Virus record (IMG/VR): IMGVR_UViG_3300032287_004275
Location: 1-56,155 of that record
Direction: 5' to 3' (one strand)
Length of the DNA: 56,155 bases
From: a virus
Lineage: Duplodnaviria > Caudoviricetes
Shown: positions 7,668-20,600 of the stretch, in pieces
Numbering within the stretch: the stretch's first letter is position 1
How the letters are laid out: each line of letters starts with the position of its first letter
Program-made: the position numbers and the translations under genes
The notes under the pieces: generated by a model
Seen by the model: the letters and a program-made list of their open reading frames with translations, nothing else
Told to the model about the DNA's origin: nothing
Database searches by the model: none

Positions 7668-8914
7668 TGTCACATAAGTTTGGTTTTCCTGCAATGACCA
7701 ATAGGGCTTTGGGTAGTAAATCATCTAACCAATCCCCTACATCTGAAGTTACAAAATTTTTAATTCGAGTAACAGAAATAAACCTAGACCCTTCTAAAGG
7801 ATTAGATCAAATTGGAGTCATCTCAGGTTATAAAATCAGTTCAACAGGAGTTGATACTGGAAAGATTCTTACTAATGTTTATCCTTCTAATACATCTACT
7901 AGAAAATATCCTGTTATAAATGAATATGTTTGGGTTTGGAAAACATTAGCACCTAATTCTTTTGGTGGTCAATATGTTTGGGAAGGACCTATTTCTTTAT
8001 ATGGAGCCGCTGCACCTAACGCTAATATACAACCTTCTCCATTTAATGATGCAAAACCACCATCTCAAAAAGTTGATTATTCTCAAGTAGAGGCAGGAGC
8101 TGTAAATATAATAGATAATAACCCTATTGATGTAAGTAATTCAATATCTCCAAGAGATACATTTGTTGAAAAATCTAATATTCACCCTTTACTTCCATTT
8201 TCAGGAGACGTAATATATGAAGGTAGATGGGGAAATAGTTTACGTTTAGGTAATACATCAAAAGTTACAGGACAATACTCCAACATATGGTCAACCTCAG
8301 GTAATAATGGTGACCCAATTACTATTTTACGAAACGGACAAAATCCAAACTCTAGTGATTTTGGAGCTGAACCTATTGTAGAAAATATAAATAAAGATTT
8401 ATCTTCAATTTATTTAACTTCTTATCAAAAATTACCATTTAGTTTAAAAAACGAATTATTTCAATCATATCCTAGAGGAAAAGAACCAACAACTCCTTCT
8501 CAATATGCTTTCCCTCAAGTAATATTAAATTCAAATAGAGTAATATTAAATGCTAAAACTGATAGTGTTTTAATTAGTGGACAAAAATCAGTTGGTTTAT
8601 CTGCTAATGAGAGTGTAAATGTAGATGCACCATCATTTTATGTAAGTTCCAACAATGTAAAATTAGGATCAGTAAACGCTACTGAACCGGTTTTAAGAGG
8701 AGACGTAACAGTTGAATTATTAAAACAATTAACTAAATCAATAAAAGATTTAGCATCTATAATTGAAAAATTAAATATTGGAACCTCAGGCGTAGTAACT
8801 GTAGGATATAATGCTGTTGCAGGTAATGCCATATTAGCTTTAACTGAAATTGCTCTTCAATTAGAATCCACAGGAGATGATAGTCTAAAATCCAAAACAA
8901 CAAAAGTACAATAA
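7667..8914 (+). CDS. baseplate hub/spike protein (gp5/gpV-like)
   Basis: OB-like N-terminus (YPVINEYV), GDVIYEGRWGNSLRLG, beta-helix-like C-terminus, EPVLRGD. Confidence 0.6.
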   Translation: MSHKFGFPAMTNRALGSKSSNQSPTSEVTKFLIRVTEINLDPSKGLDQIGVISGYKISSTGVDTGKILTNVYPSNTSTRKYPVINEYVWVWKTLAPNSFGGQYVWEGPISLYGAAAPNANIQPSPFNDAKPPSQKVDYSQVEAGAVNIIDNNPIDVSNSISPRDTFVEKSNIHPLLPFSGDVIYEGRWGNSLRLGNTSKVTGQYSNIWSTSGNNGDPITILRNGQNPNSSDFGAEPIVENINKDLSSIYLTSYQKLPFSLKNELFQSYPRGKEPTTPSQYAFPQVILNSNRVILNAKTDSVLISGQKSVGLSANESVNVDAPSFYVSSNNVKLGSVNATEPVLRGDVTVELLKQLTKSIKDLASIIEKLNIGTSGVVTVGYNAVAGNAILALTEIALQLESTGDDSLKSKTTKVQ

Positions 8915-8915
8915 C

Positions 8916-10574
8916 GTGAAGAGTTTAGGACCATACAAATATGATATAAAATACAAGTCTGAAGGGTTTGGAGGGAATTATAAAGGATTTTATTATAAAG
9001 TTAACATATATTATAATAATAGATTAGTTAACACTAAATGGTATGATAATAGTTATTCTCAATCTGAAGTAGAACAAGATATAATTAATCAAATTACTGT
9101 AATAGGAATTGATGATATACCTAATGGAAGACCACTACCCCCATATGATCCTCAAGCTACTGGTGATGAAGAAATTGATCCTAATGAAAGCGGGTCTATT
9201 AATTTAGCTGAGTCTATAGATTTAAGTAAAATTTTAAGCATACTTGGTATAGACCTTCCCATTTCTAATCTACCAGTACCTCCCCCAGGCAGTCTTTCTC
9301 CTTCCGGTTCAGGAGAATCCCCAACTTCTATTACAGGCAGTCTTTCTTCTATTTCTGGTAGTTTACCTACTCCACCACCACTACCTAAAAAATTAAACTT
9401 AGTCCCCATCTCAGGAAAAATAGTAGATTTAAACACTAATGAACCTTTAATAGGAGTTAAAGTTATTAGTCCTTTAAAAAAAATTACTAAAACCGATAAA
9501 AATGGAGATTTTGAAGTTAAAGTACCTAAAATAGTAAATACTCCCTTAGATCCTAAAAAATTTACAATTAGTGTATCAAAAAATAAATATGCTCCTACTA
9601 CAATTATTCCGTATACATCTAATTTAGATACTAAAACAAACTTAGGAATAGTTACTTTAAAACCATTAGAATCTAATTTAAAACAAGAAATTATTGATTT
9701 TTTAACTTTTAAAGAAGCAGAAGTAAAAGAGTATACTGAAAAAAATGTTACTGTAGAATTTAAAACTCAAAAAAAATTAAATGAATCTATTAATAATTTA
9801 AAAAAATTAGTTATTCCTTTATTGTTGGGGTTAATAGCTCAATATGGTGTAACTAAAGTTCAAGAATTAATAGATGAAATAGAATTAAATGGAGGGCAAT
9901 TACCTGATAAAATTAAAGAATTAATTACATGTCCTCCCCCAGAAGTAATAAGTAAAATAATTGAAAGAAAAAATAAATTAGTTAAACAATTAACTAATGT
10001 TTTAAATTCAATCAATAAAGCAACTGAAGTTTTAACTATATCTCAAAAATATATTTCTATAGCAGATATATCTCTTAAAATTTTAGAAAATATCCCCACT
10101 CCTACTGCGATAGGTGGAGTAGGTATTCCTATTAGTGTAATTAATGGTATTCAAAAAACTATTAACTTTTTAAGTCAATTAATTGGAAAATTAAATATAG
10201 CAAATGGATTTATTTTATCTATATTACTTTTACTTCGAGCTACTTTAACCCAAGTACTTAATATCCTAAAACTATTAGATCTTATAACCCAATATTGTTC
10301 AGGAGCAACCCCAACCCCAATCTCAGCAGAATTAACAGCTTTAACTATCCAACAATCAAATCAACTTTCCCCAGTAGTTACAAATGTAAATGGATTTGAA
10401 ATGGGGGTTGAAACAGAACCAACAACAAAAACACTTAAACGTAGAAGAGCTATAGCTAGAAATAAACAAGGTGTAGTCATGTTGCAAGGAGAATGGTCTT
10501 ACAGCTCAATTGATCAGATATTAATAGATGAACTTGTATTTTATATACAACAAAATAATTTAAAAGCAGATTAA
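8916..10574 (+). CDS. baseplate-associated protein with carboxypeptidase-regulatory-like domain
   Basis: ISGKIVD..TNEPLIGV...TDKNGDF; helical C-terminus. Confidence 0.55.
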   Translation: MKSLGPYKYDIKYKSEGFGGNYKGFYYKVNIYYNNRLVNTKWYDNSYSQSEVEQDIINQITVIGIDDIPNGRPLPPYDPQATGDEEIDPNESGSINLAESIDLSKILSILGIDLPISNLPVPPPGSLSPSGSGESPTSITGSLSSISGSLPTPPPLPKKLNLVPISGKIVDLNTNEPLIGVKVISPLKKITKTDKNGDFEVKVPKIVNTPLDPKKFTISVSKNKYAPTTIIPYTSNLDTKTNLGIVTLKPLESNLKQEIIDFLTFKEAEVKEYTEKNVTVEFKTQKKLNESINNLKKLVIPLLLGLIAQYGVTKVQELIDEIELNGGQLPDKIKELITCPPPEVISKIIERKNKLVKQLTNVLNSINKATEVLTISQKYISIADISLKILENIPTPTAIGGVGIPISVINGIQKTINFLSQLIGKLNIANGFILSILLLLRATLTQVLNILKLLDLITQYCSGATPTPISAELTALTIQQSNQLSPVVTNVNGFEMGVETEPTTKTLKRRRAIARNKQGVVMLQGEWSYSSIDQILIDELVFYIQQNNLKAD

Positions 10575-10592
10575 CCCTATATTTATAATCAT

Positions 10593-10928
10593 ATGAAAAG
10601 TACAGATTTTAAAAAAATTATTAAAGAAGCCGTAAGAGAAGCAATACAAGAGGAATTGAAAGATATTCTATTGGAAGCTATTAAAGTTCCAAAACAAATA
10701 GTTAGAGAATCTATCCAACCAATTGAAACTCCAAAACCAACATTTACTCAACCAACAATGGATTTGAGACAAAAATATAAAGATGTATTAGGAGAAACAG
10801 CTTTAAGTTTCAATTCAAGTGATGTTCAACAACCATTTAGACCACAAGTAAGTGATCCTGTAAATGGTAATTTAGGAGCTGGAGAGGTAGGAATGGATCA
10901 AATTATGAGTTTATTAAATACTAAATAA
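10593..10928 (+). CDS. hypothetical late protein with KKIIKEAVRE leader
   Basis: ORF track, late motif. Confidence 0.7.
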   Translation: MKSTDFKKIIKEAVREAIQEELKDILLEAIKVPKQIVRESIQPIETPKPTFTQPTMDLRQKYKDVLGETALSFNSSDVQQPFRPQVSDPVNGNLGAGEVGMDQIMSLLNTK

Positions 10929-11332
10929 TGGCATTTAGCCCACAACAAATATATCCAATTGATTTAAATGCAAGTGCTGCTGTTGGGGTAAATCTCCCCC
11001 TAAGTGGTCCTGCAGTTTTTATCTCAAATTATCAAACCAAAGATGCTATTAAGAATAACTTAATTAATTTCTTTTTAACCAACCCAGGAGAACGCCCATT
11101 AAATCCAACATTTGGGGGTGGATTACGTGCTTTTATATTTGAACAAATTACAACAGATAATTTAAATTTTCTTAGAGAAGATGTAAATTCTAAAATATCT
11201 ATTTATTTTCCTAACATAACTGTAGAAGATTTAATAGTAACTGGACAAGAAGACTTAAACCAAATTACCGTAACCCTCAAATACTCAGTAATTAATACTA
11301 ATATAACTGATATCTTAGAAATACAACTTTAA
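10928..11332 (+). CDS. gp25: baseplate wedge gp25/gpW-like
   Basis: IKNNLINFFLTNPGERPLNPTFGGGL. Confidence 0.9.
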   Translation: MAFSPQQIYPIDLNASAAVGVNLPLSGPAVFISNYQTKDAIKNNLINFFLTNPGERPLNPTFGGGLRAFIFEQITTDNLNFLREDVNSKISIYFPNITVEDLIVTGQEDLNQITVTLKYSVINTNITDILEIQL

Positions 11333-11333
11333 A

Positions 11334-13178
11334 ATGGCTAATACAAATAGAGATATAAAATATATTAATCGTGATTTTTCAGATCTTAGACAACGATTAA
11401 TAGAATATTCTAAAACATATTTCCCCAACACATATAATGATTTTTCTCCTGCATCACCTGGTATGATGTTTATGGAACAATCAGCATATGTTGGTGATGT
11501 TTTAAGTTTCTATTTAGATAATCAATTACAAGAAACATTTACTCAATACGCCCAACAAACAAATAACATTTATGAATTGGCATATATGTTTGGGTATAAA
11601 CCAAAAGTTTCTTCGGTAGCTCAAGCTACAATTGATTTTTACCAACAATTACCAGCTAAACAAGTAGGTTCAGAATATGTACCTGATTACGATTATGCTT
11701 TAACAATTGGAGAAAATACTACAGTATCATCTCAAAATGGAACTTCATTTTTAATCCAAGATAAAATTGATTTTTCAGTATCAAGTTCTCAAGACCCAAC
11801 AGAAGTTTCTGTTTACCAAATTGCAGGAAATATACCTCAATATTTTTTATTGAAAAAAAGTAGAAATGCAATTTCTTCAAATATAGTTTCTGCTACATAT
11901 ACTTTTTCAGACCCTATCCCTTTTGATACTATTGATATTACCTCAAATAATTTTATTAAAGTACTAGATGTAATTGATTCGGACGGGAATAAGTGGTATG
12001 AAGTGGATCATTTGGGTCAAGAAATGGTATTAGATCCAATTAAAAATACTAATATAAATGACCCTAATGCGGGAACAGATGCTTCATATTTGCTAAGACT
12101 TAAAAAAGTCCAACGTAGATTTGCTTCTCGTGTGATTTCATCTACCCAAATCCAATTACAATTCGGTGTAGGTTCTCCAAATAATGTAGATGAAGAAATT
12201 ACTCCAAATGCAAATAATGTAGGTATAGGATTACCATTTATGAAAGATAAATTAACAGCAGCTTATTCTCCTGTTAACTTTTTATACACTGGAACCTATG
12301 GAATTGCTCCTTCCCAAACCACATTAACTGTTAGATATTTAACAGGTGGAGGAGTTGAATCTAACATAGCAGCTAACACTTTAACATCTGTTTCCCCAAC
12401 TAATGTAAAGTTTAATACTACTAATTTAAATGCAACTGCTGCTAATTATATATTCAGTTCATTAGCTTCAAATAATCCATTAGCAGCTACTGGAGGAAAA
12501 GCTGGCGATACAGTGGAAGAAATAAGACAAAATACATTAGCACTAATAGCATCTCAAAAACGTTCTGTTACAGCAGATGATTATTTAATCAGAGCATTAA
12601 GTATGCCTTCTGAATATGGTGCTATATCTAAAGCATATATTGAACAACCAAAATTAACAGATAATCAAGTATCAACAATTGAAACTTTAAATCTATATGT
12701 TTTATCTCAAAATTCAAGTGGGCAATTAGATTATGCTGGAGAAACCCTTAAAAACAATCTAAGAACTTATTTATCTCAATATAGAATGATTGGTGATAAT
12801 ATTGAAATTAGAGATGCTTTTATAATTAATATAGGTGTTGACTTTGAAATCATAGTTTACCCAGAATATAATAATAGTGAAGTTTTATTAGCGTGTATCA
12901 CGGCTTTACAAAATTATTTTAATATTAATAATTGGCAATTAAATCAACCAATTATGTTAAGAGATCTATACATTTTAATTAATAAAATTGCAGGGGTCCA
13001 AACAGTAAAAAATATATCTATATCAAATAAAGCAGGCACCTCATCAGGATATTCACAATATGCTTATGATATAACTGGAGCTACTCAAAACCAAGTAATT
13101 TATCCTTCACTTGACCCTAGCATTTTTGAGGTAAGATATCCAAATCAAGATATAAAAGGTAAAGTAGTTCCTTTATAA
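11334..13178 (+). CDS. gp6: baseplate wedge gp6/J-like
   Basis: YINRDF, AYVGDVLSFYLD, GYKPK, GG..DTVEEIR, RSVTADDY. Confidence 0.88.
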   Translation: MANTNRDIKYINRDFSDLRQRLIEYSKTYFPNTYNDFSPASPGMMFMEQSAYVGDVLSFYLDNQLQETFTQYAQQTNNIYELAYMFGYKPKVSSVAQATIDFYQQLPAKQVGSEYVPDYDYALTIGENTTVSSQNGTSFLIQDKIDFSVSSSQDPTEVSVYQIAGNIPQYFLLKKSRNAISSNIVSATYTFSDPIPFDTIDITSNNFIKVLDVIDSDGNKWYEVDHLGQEMVLDPIKNTNINDPNAGTDASYLLRLKKVQRRFASRVISSTQIQLQFGVGSPNNVDEEITPNANNVGIGLPFMKDKLTAAYSPVNFLYTGTYGIAPSQTTLTVRYLTGGGVESNIAANTLTSVSPTNVKFNTTNLNATAANYIFSSLASNNPLAATGGKAGDTVEEIRQNTLALIASQKRSVTADDYLIRALSMPSEYGAISKAYIEQPKLTDNQVSTIETLNLYVLSQNSSGQLDYAGETLKNNLRTYLSQYRMIGDNIEIRDAFIINIGVDFEIIVYPEYNNSEVLLACITALQNYFNINNWQLNQPIMLRDLYILINKIAGVQTVKNISISNKAGTSSGYSQYAYDITGATQNQVIYPSLDPSIFEVRYPNQDIKGKVVPL

Positions 13179-13205
13179 TTGCATATTTATAATAAAACAT
13201 TATAA

Positions 13206-14321
13206 ATGGCTGTTTATAAAATTTTTCCTACAAAGGATACTACTTTATATTCTTATTACCCCCTTATGAATACTGGTTTAGATGCTATTTGTGAAACTGC
13301 AAATACTTTAAACATAGATGGCAATCCTGGTGTTTCAAGATTTTTAACTCAATTCGATACTGAAGAAATACAAGATATTATAAATAATAAAATATCTGGA
13401 AGTTCATATAAAGTATATTTTAAAAATTTCATATCAACCGCGGAAGGAATAAATGCTAATACTTCTATTGAGGTATTAACTTTAGCCCAACAATGGAATA
13501 ATGGAACAGGATATTATTTAGACTCCCCACAAACCACAGATGGAGCATCTTGGTATTTCTCTTCATTTTCAGGTTCAGGAAATTGGTCAACAAGTGGATC
13601 TAATAATGGATATTATTTCACTAGTTCATTTAATTCTTCATATGTTGGAGCTGGAGGAGGTAACTGGTATACAGGATCTAGTTTTAAAGTTACTGAATCG
13701 TTTGGTTTACGTACTGTAAAAGATATTGAACTAGATGTAAGTAATATAGTAAATACTTGGTATAGTTCCTCTATTCCAAATTATGGATTCATAACTAAAC
13801 TAACCAGTTCCCAAGAATTCAACTCAGATGTAGATGTTCAACCTATATTAAAGTATTATAGTGTTGATACTAATACTATTTACCCCCCTCAACTAGAATT
13901 CAGGTGGGTAGATTATTCATCTGTTATATCACCCTCATCTTCTGTAGTTACTACTACAAACCTAAAAATGTCTTTAGCAGAAAACCCAGGTGTATTTTAC
14001 CCGGATAGTGTTAATAGATTTTATATAAATGTAAGTCCTTTATACCCTGCTAGGGTGTACCAAACATCATCGTTGTATACTAATTTAAATTATTTACCAA
14101 CTTCTTCATACTATGCTATAAAAGACTTGGCTACCAATGAATTTGTTGTTAACTTCGATAATCAATATACTAAAATTAGTTCTGATGGTGAAGGAAACTA
14201 TTTTGATGTTTATATGAGTGGTTTAGAACCTGAAAGATATTATAAAATTTTGATTAAAACTACAATCAATGGTTCTACATTAATATTTGATGACAATTAT
14301 TATTTTAAAGTTATTAATTAA
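13206..14321 (+). CDS. virion structural protein (DNRLRE-like)
   Basis: KDTTLYS, WNNGTG, DVSNIVNTW, NYGF, PQLEFRW. Confidence 0.6.
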   Translation: MAVYKIFPTKDTTLYSYYPLMNTGLDAICETANTLNIDGNPGVSRFLTQFDTEEIQDIINNKISGSSYKVYFKNFISTAEGINANTSIEVLTLAQQWNNGTGYYLDSPQTTDGASWYFSSFSGSGNWSTSGSNNGYYFTSSFNSSYVGAGGGNWYTGSSFKVTESFGLRTVKDIELDVSNIVNTWYSSSIPNYGFITKLTSSQEFNSDVDVQPILKYYSVDTNTIYPPQLEFRWVDYSSVISPSSSVVTTTNLKMSLAENPGVFYPDSVNRFYINVSPLYPARVYQTSSLYTNLNYLPTSSYYAIKDLATNEFVVNFDNQYTKISSDGEGNYFDVYMSGLEPERYYKILIKTTINGSTLIFDDNYYFKVIN

Positions 14322-14683
14322 TGGCTGAAAATATTTCATTTAATAAACAGGTATATAACAAAGGAGATTATACTAAAATTATAGATACTTCTTTTAAACA
14401 GTTAGGTGTTCAAACAATTCAACAACAAATACAACAACAACCAACTGTTAATGATTTTTTTAATATGTACAATGAATTGTTTTATGATATTCCTGAAGTA
14501 GGAGAAACTAATTCTCATGAATATTTAATTCAACAAAGTAGTGAATACATTAATTTTGAAGCTAACCAAGAAGAAATAGCAGCATTACAGGCCGAAATAG
14601 CCCAATTAAGAACAGATTTACTTGATGCTCAAAAACAAATAATAGAGTTACAAACAGGAACAACATTAGCTAATCCACAATAA
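14321..14683 (+). CDS. baseplate-module protein with C-terminal coiled coil
   Basis: Context, ORF track. Confidence 0.65.
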   Translation: MAENISFNKQVYNKGDYTKIIDTSFKQLGVQTIQQQIQQQPTVNDFFNMYNELFYDIPEVGETNSHEYLIQQSSEYINFEANQEEIAALQAEIAQLRTDLLDAQKQIIELQTGTTLANPQ

Positions 14684-17600
14684 TGGCAGCAGAAATTACC
14701 CAAATAGATACACAAGATTTTACTTCTCAAATGTATGAGGGGCAAGATACAAATTTAATTTCAACATTTGATTTAAGTACTTCTTTCGTATCTTCAAGTT
14801 ATATAGAATCTTTTATATATGATAATAATCGTAATATAATTACTTTTAATTATAATTTTACCGATTATACTATCCAAAATGATGGGCAATCTGCTGGGAG
14901 TAACGGAAATGTATCTCAAATAACAATAGATCCCGAACAGTTTCTTATAGATAATGGATTTGACCAAGGAGAATATATTACCTACTTCAATTTCTTTAAT
15001 AACAAAATAGGTTCCGAACTCCAACCACTATATATAGCTGAAATTTCCTCAGATAGAACTGAAATTCGTTTAGATAGTACAACTCTTTCAAATTTAGATA
15101 TAGTTGAACAGGCAAATCAATTTATACAAGAAAGAGAAGATAGTACTTATTTTTTAGATTTCTATTTAAATTTTGGAGAAAATAATTTAAGCATAGCAAA
15201 TAATCTTCAGTTAGATGATGCTGACCCAATTAACCCTACTGTACTTGTTAAGTTATATGAACCTCTCCCAGAAGAGTTTGATATAAATTCTGTATTATGG
15301 GTTGTAACTACTTTTGAAGAACCAGTAGCTTATCAAGTTACTTTTGAAGATGAACCTATTGTTCTTAATGATTTTGAAAATATAAGTGGTCCTAATTTTA
15401 ATATAGATTTAAAAGATAGAGTAAATAATTCTACTCAAAATTTATCTTATGAAAATTTAGTTTCAACCTCGTTAACAAGTTCAATTCAACAATTAAATAG
15501 TTTACTTGAGGAAAAAGAAATTGATATAAATGTAGATTATACTTCATTTGAAAATTTTATCCATTTCAGTTCAGTACAAACACGTTTAGAAAATTTTTAT
15601 TCTAAAATCCAATTAATTGAACAGTATTCTTCCTCTATTGCTATATTAAACAATACAACAAATTCATCTGCATCTATTAGTAGTAGTGCAGCAGTATATG
15701 AAAGTAAAATAGATAATATCATAACTAATTTTGATGGTTATGAATATTTTTTATATTATGAAAGTAGTTCATATGCTTGGCCTAAAACCAATTCACAAAA
15801 ACCATATAAATTAGAAAAATCAAATAACCCAATAGTTTTAAATTGGATTGGAAGTGCAAACGAATCTGACTCATATTTTGGAGGACTACTTTACACAGCA
15901 TCATTATACGACAATAATAACAAAGATAATCTTTATTTCTCAATCCCAGAATATTTAAGAGAAGACCCTGCTAATGATCAATACCTATTGTTTATTGATA
16001 TGGTTGGGCAATTTTATGATAATATCTGGATTTATTATAAAGATGTAACCCAAAAATATAATGCTGATAATCGTTTAGAATATGGTATTTCAAAAGATAT
16101 AGTTGCAGATGCAATTCGTGATTTTGGAATTAAATTATACCAAAATAATTTCTCAAACGAAGATTTATACACAGCATTTTTAGGTTTAACCCCAGAAGGT
16201 GGTTTATTTCCTTTTCCAAACATAACAGGATCTTTACCAACTCCTTCAGGTTACGAATATGTTAATACTTTAATATCAGCATCTAGTGATTATATACCGT
16301 TAGATGATGTGAATAAATCGCTATATAAACGCATTTACCATAATTTACCATACCTGCTTAAAGCAAAAGGTACAATACCTGGTTTACGCGCACTTATTAC
16401 CTCATATGGTATTCCTGATACTATATTGAGAATAAATGAGTATGGTGGAAAAGATAAAGTAAACTCAAATGATTGGGATTATTGGCAAGATGAATTCAAC
16501 TATGCTTTTAATACTAAAGGAGATAATTTTTTATTTAGTAGATGGAATCTTAATTCAAATTGGGGTTCTTCAAAATTAATTCCTTTAACTATAGGATTTA
16601 GATTTAAACCCACAGGTTTCCCACCATCTGATGTTTCCCAATCATTATTAAGTTTTAATGTAAGTTCAACAACTTCTGTAGGGGTACTTAGTTTAGAATA
16701 TACAGGATCTGGATTAACAAGTGGTTCATATAGTGGTTCTATTGTTGATCCTTATTATCAATATGCTAAATTAACACTTTACCCATCATCATCAAATTTA
16801 AACCTTTCAGCAAGTGTTTATTTACCATTTTATGATGGAAATTGGTGGTCCGTAATGTTAACTAGTGGAAGTAATGGATATACATTACATGCTGGAAACA
16901 AAATATATGAAGGTGGCGATAATAATACTGTATTAGGATTTTATTCAACTTCTTCTGTTACATCATCTTACAATAGTTGGGATAATTCTATTAGGATTAA
17001 TTATTGTTCTTCTTCTTTATTTTCTCCATATGTAGGAAATCTTCAAGAAATAAGATATTACAAAAATCCATTAAGTGAAAGTGTATTCAAAGATTACATA
17101 ATGAACCCTTATTCAATTGAAGGAAATTCATTAAATTCCTCCCCAGAAGAACTTATATTTAGAGCACCTTTAGGAGGAGAATTATATACAGGGTCCGTTT
17201 CAATCCACCCTAAAATAACAGGTTCATGGGCCTCAACCCAATCATTTTCAGACAATACTAGTAATATTTCTTTCTTTTCAACCCCAGAATATACAACTAA
17301 TAGAGAATATTTCTTTTATGATCAACCCATAGCAGGTATTAAAAACACAATTTCTGACAAAATTAGAATAGAAGATAATGTAATGCCTGGAGGAGATACT
17401 TTATCTCAATATAAAGCACTTTCTCAACAATCTAATATATCTCAAAGTTATACTTCAAATATTAATTATTTAGAGGTAGCTTTTTCACCTACAAATGAAA
17501 TAAATGAAGATATAATGGATCAAATAGGTTCATTTAACATAGGTGAATTTATTGGAGATCCAAGATTAAGATCATCTTCTGCAGTTACATACCCTGCATT

Positions 17601-20600
17601 AGATCAATTACGAAATGCTTATTTTCAAAAATATACTAAAAATTACGATTTAGTTGATTTTATTCGTTTAATTAAATTTTTTGATAATTCATTATTTAAA
17701 ATGATTCGAGATTTTGTACCTGCACGTACAAGTCTTGCTTCTGGTGTTGTAGTAAAACAACATTTACTTGAAAGAAATAAATATCCTCAACCACAAATGG
17801 AGTGGGAAGATTTAGATATTTCTGGAACTTTAAAACCAACTTGGAACGATTACGAACCAGGAACTGTAGAACATTTCGAAGGTAGTACTGGAGGGTCATT
17901 TAACCAATTTAATTTAATAACTAACACAGCACAGAGTTGGACCGAAAGTATTAATACCCCTTCAGGCTCAGTGCTTGTAATTCATAATTCACAAGATGAA
18001 TTTTATAACGGTGAATTTAGTGGATCTACAATATTGGTTTCTAATGGTATAGTAAATGAAGCATATCCAATAAGTAATCAAGAATTTGAATATAAACAAG
18101 TTCATTATTATGGAACTTCAAGCAATGCCTCATATGCTTCAGCTTCAATTGAAGATTCAATATTTTTAAATAATTTTTTAAATAATGTTACTTCACCTCA
18201 AAACGGAGAAATATTATTTTATAATGAAATGATATTTGTAAATATTTCTATTTTTGGACAATCTGTTACTGTTTGGGGTGGAAATTGGAGAACTAAATAT
18301 TTAAAAATAGCAAAAACTGATTGTAGTGGAAGTAATAATACAACTGTATTAGGAAATATTGATAAAGCTTTAATATATAATCCAATATCAAATTTATATA
18401 CTCAATATAATTTAACAGTTTTAAATGAAAAACCAAATTATTATCTATATCAAGTAAACCCAACTTTACGATATATTCCATCTCAACTTCCAAATCAAGT
18501 ATTTGATTATACTGTTTCTGCTTCAAAAGGAATTACTAAAAATATAGATGAACCAGATGTTTCAAATCCTTTTTTAGATAGAATTAATTCATGGACCTCA
18601 GTAACAGGAAATGCAGCTCATTACGGAACTCCATATTTTAGTACCTCATCAGGATTATTTTCCCTAGAAAACACCCCAAATACTCCTTTAGCATTCTCAG
18701 CTTCAATTACCACATCAGGTTCATCTACTACTCAAGGGTCAGGGCGTTTATCACTTAGATTATATAGAAATGGAGTATTTTCAACATTAGATAGTATATC
18801 TGGTATTAGTTTAACTACTGTTACTACAACTACATTTACCTCATCTTTAATATATCCTTTACAAAATGATGTATTGTTCTTATCTCTTACTAGAAATGCT
18901 ACTGGAGGACCTATTCCTGTTTTAAAATCCGGTAGTTTATTAATTACTCAAAGCAGATTAGTTAGTACTTCAAGTTGTGAACCTGTTATATTTGAACCAT
19001 ATCTTACAACTCCAAATTTTTATAATAGTGATGAAAATGCATTGTTAAATAATGTTTTTGATTTAAGAGATAGCTCATATTATATGGATGTTGATTATGC
19101 AAGAGGTATAACAGAACCCGTTAATTTTGATCAATTAATAAGTGGAAGTGCAACTCGAGCAAAAGTACAAGATTCAAATTATACTACACAACGCCATATA
19201 ATTCCTAGATATTTAGGTTCAAAATCAACTTCTCAACACTTAAATAAATGGACTGAAGGAGATGCAGGAACATATGGTAAACTCCCAACAGTTGAAAATT
19301 TAAAAACATATGTAGCATATGGAGAAATGGGAGGAAGTTGGGCACCTGAAAGAATGAATGCTTCTACATTTCAAATTAAATACTTGATTAAAGAAGATGG
19401 GACAATAGATTCTCCAAATGTTTCCGAAAACTCACTTCAAAACAATCAGGGTACTTTTCAATCTGGAGAAAGATTTAAAATAAGCTCTACTGTTCCTGGA
19501 GGAGGAGAAGCAATAGAATATAGAACAGTTATTAGAGGAGGAACTCGAATTGAACCTATTCTGTATACTCAGATAGGCCATTCTCCTGCTTCTTGGAATA
19601 ATGTAACTATGTCTTTTACAACAGATTTTATTACTAGTGCTGCCGTTGGTAATTATACCGCTAAATCTTCCCCATCAGCTTCTAGCCCATTTTTTGGAGA
19701 ATATGGAGATTTTGCTGGTATAGATTTTAATAATAATGTTTTAATAGGTGCAAATGCTTCTTCTTGGTCCAATAACACATATGTAGTTAATTCTGGCATT
19801 ATACTTGAAAATGTAACTTTAAGAATTAAAGTCCATATTGAACCAGTATTAAGAGCTGGAACTATAGGGAATCAAATTCATTACGCTGCCGCTAGATTAA
19901 TTAGAAAAAGAGGAGCAAATGAGACCATATTGGAAGAAATAACAATTCCATTAAGTCTTATTATTGCTAATCTACCCACCCCAATTGGAGTAACCATTTC
20001 AGATCTTTCATTTAATAATATTGATTTTGATTATTTAATACAACCCCAAAATCTTCAACCAAACGATGAAATTTTTATCAGAGCAACCCATATCACTAAT
20101 ACTTATGGTGATACAATCCCAGCGATTAGATATAAAAAGAATTCATCTTATTTTCAAGTAAGTCAAATCCCTGCCCCAACCTCAACCCAAGTAACTTCCT
20201 CAGGTACTAATACTCTCTGGGGTTATCCTGATAATACTAAATTATATGCTATAACAGCATCTAACCCAGTATTAAATGGTCTTTATGATCAAGGATTTAA
20301 ACAAGTTGATATAACAGGATCAGGATTTAATACAATATCATTACCTTGGTCTATAAAATATGGAGATGAATTTAGATTTGAAGGTAATGAAAATAACAAT
20401 TTCATAGTTAAAAAAGTATATGATGCTCCAGAAACAGATAATGATCGAGTATCCCAAACGGGTTCAATTGAAGTTCAATTTGGAGGTACTTTACCATCTG
20501 CATCCATTAACTTAGATCATTTCTTAATTAGAAGATATGTTGATGATGCTTCACAAGTTTTATTTGAAGGATTTAAACCAACCAACTCACAAGGACCATA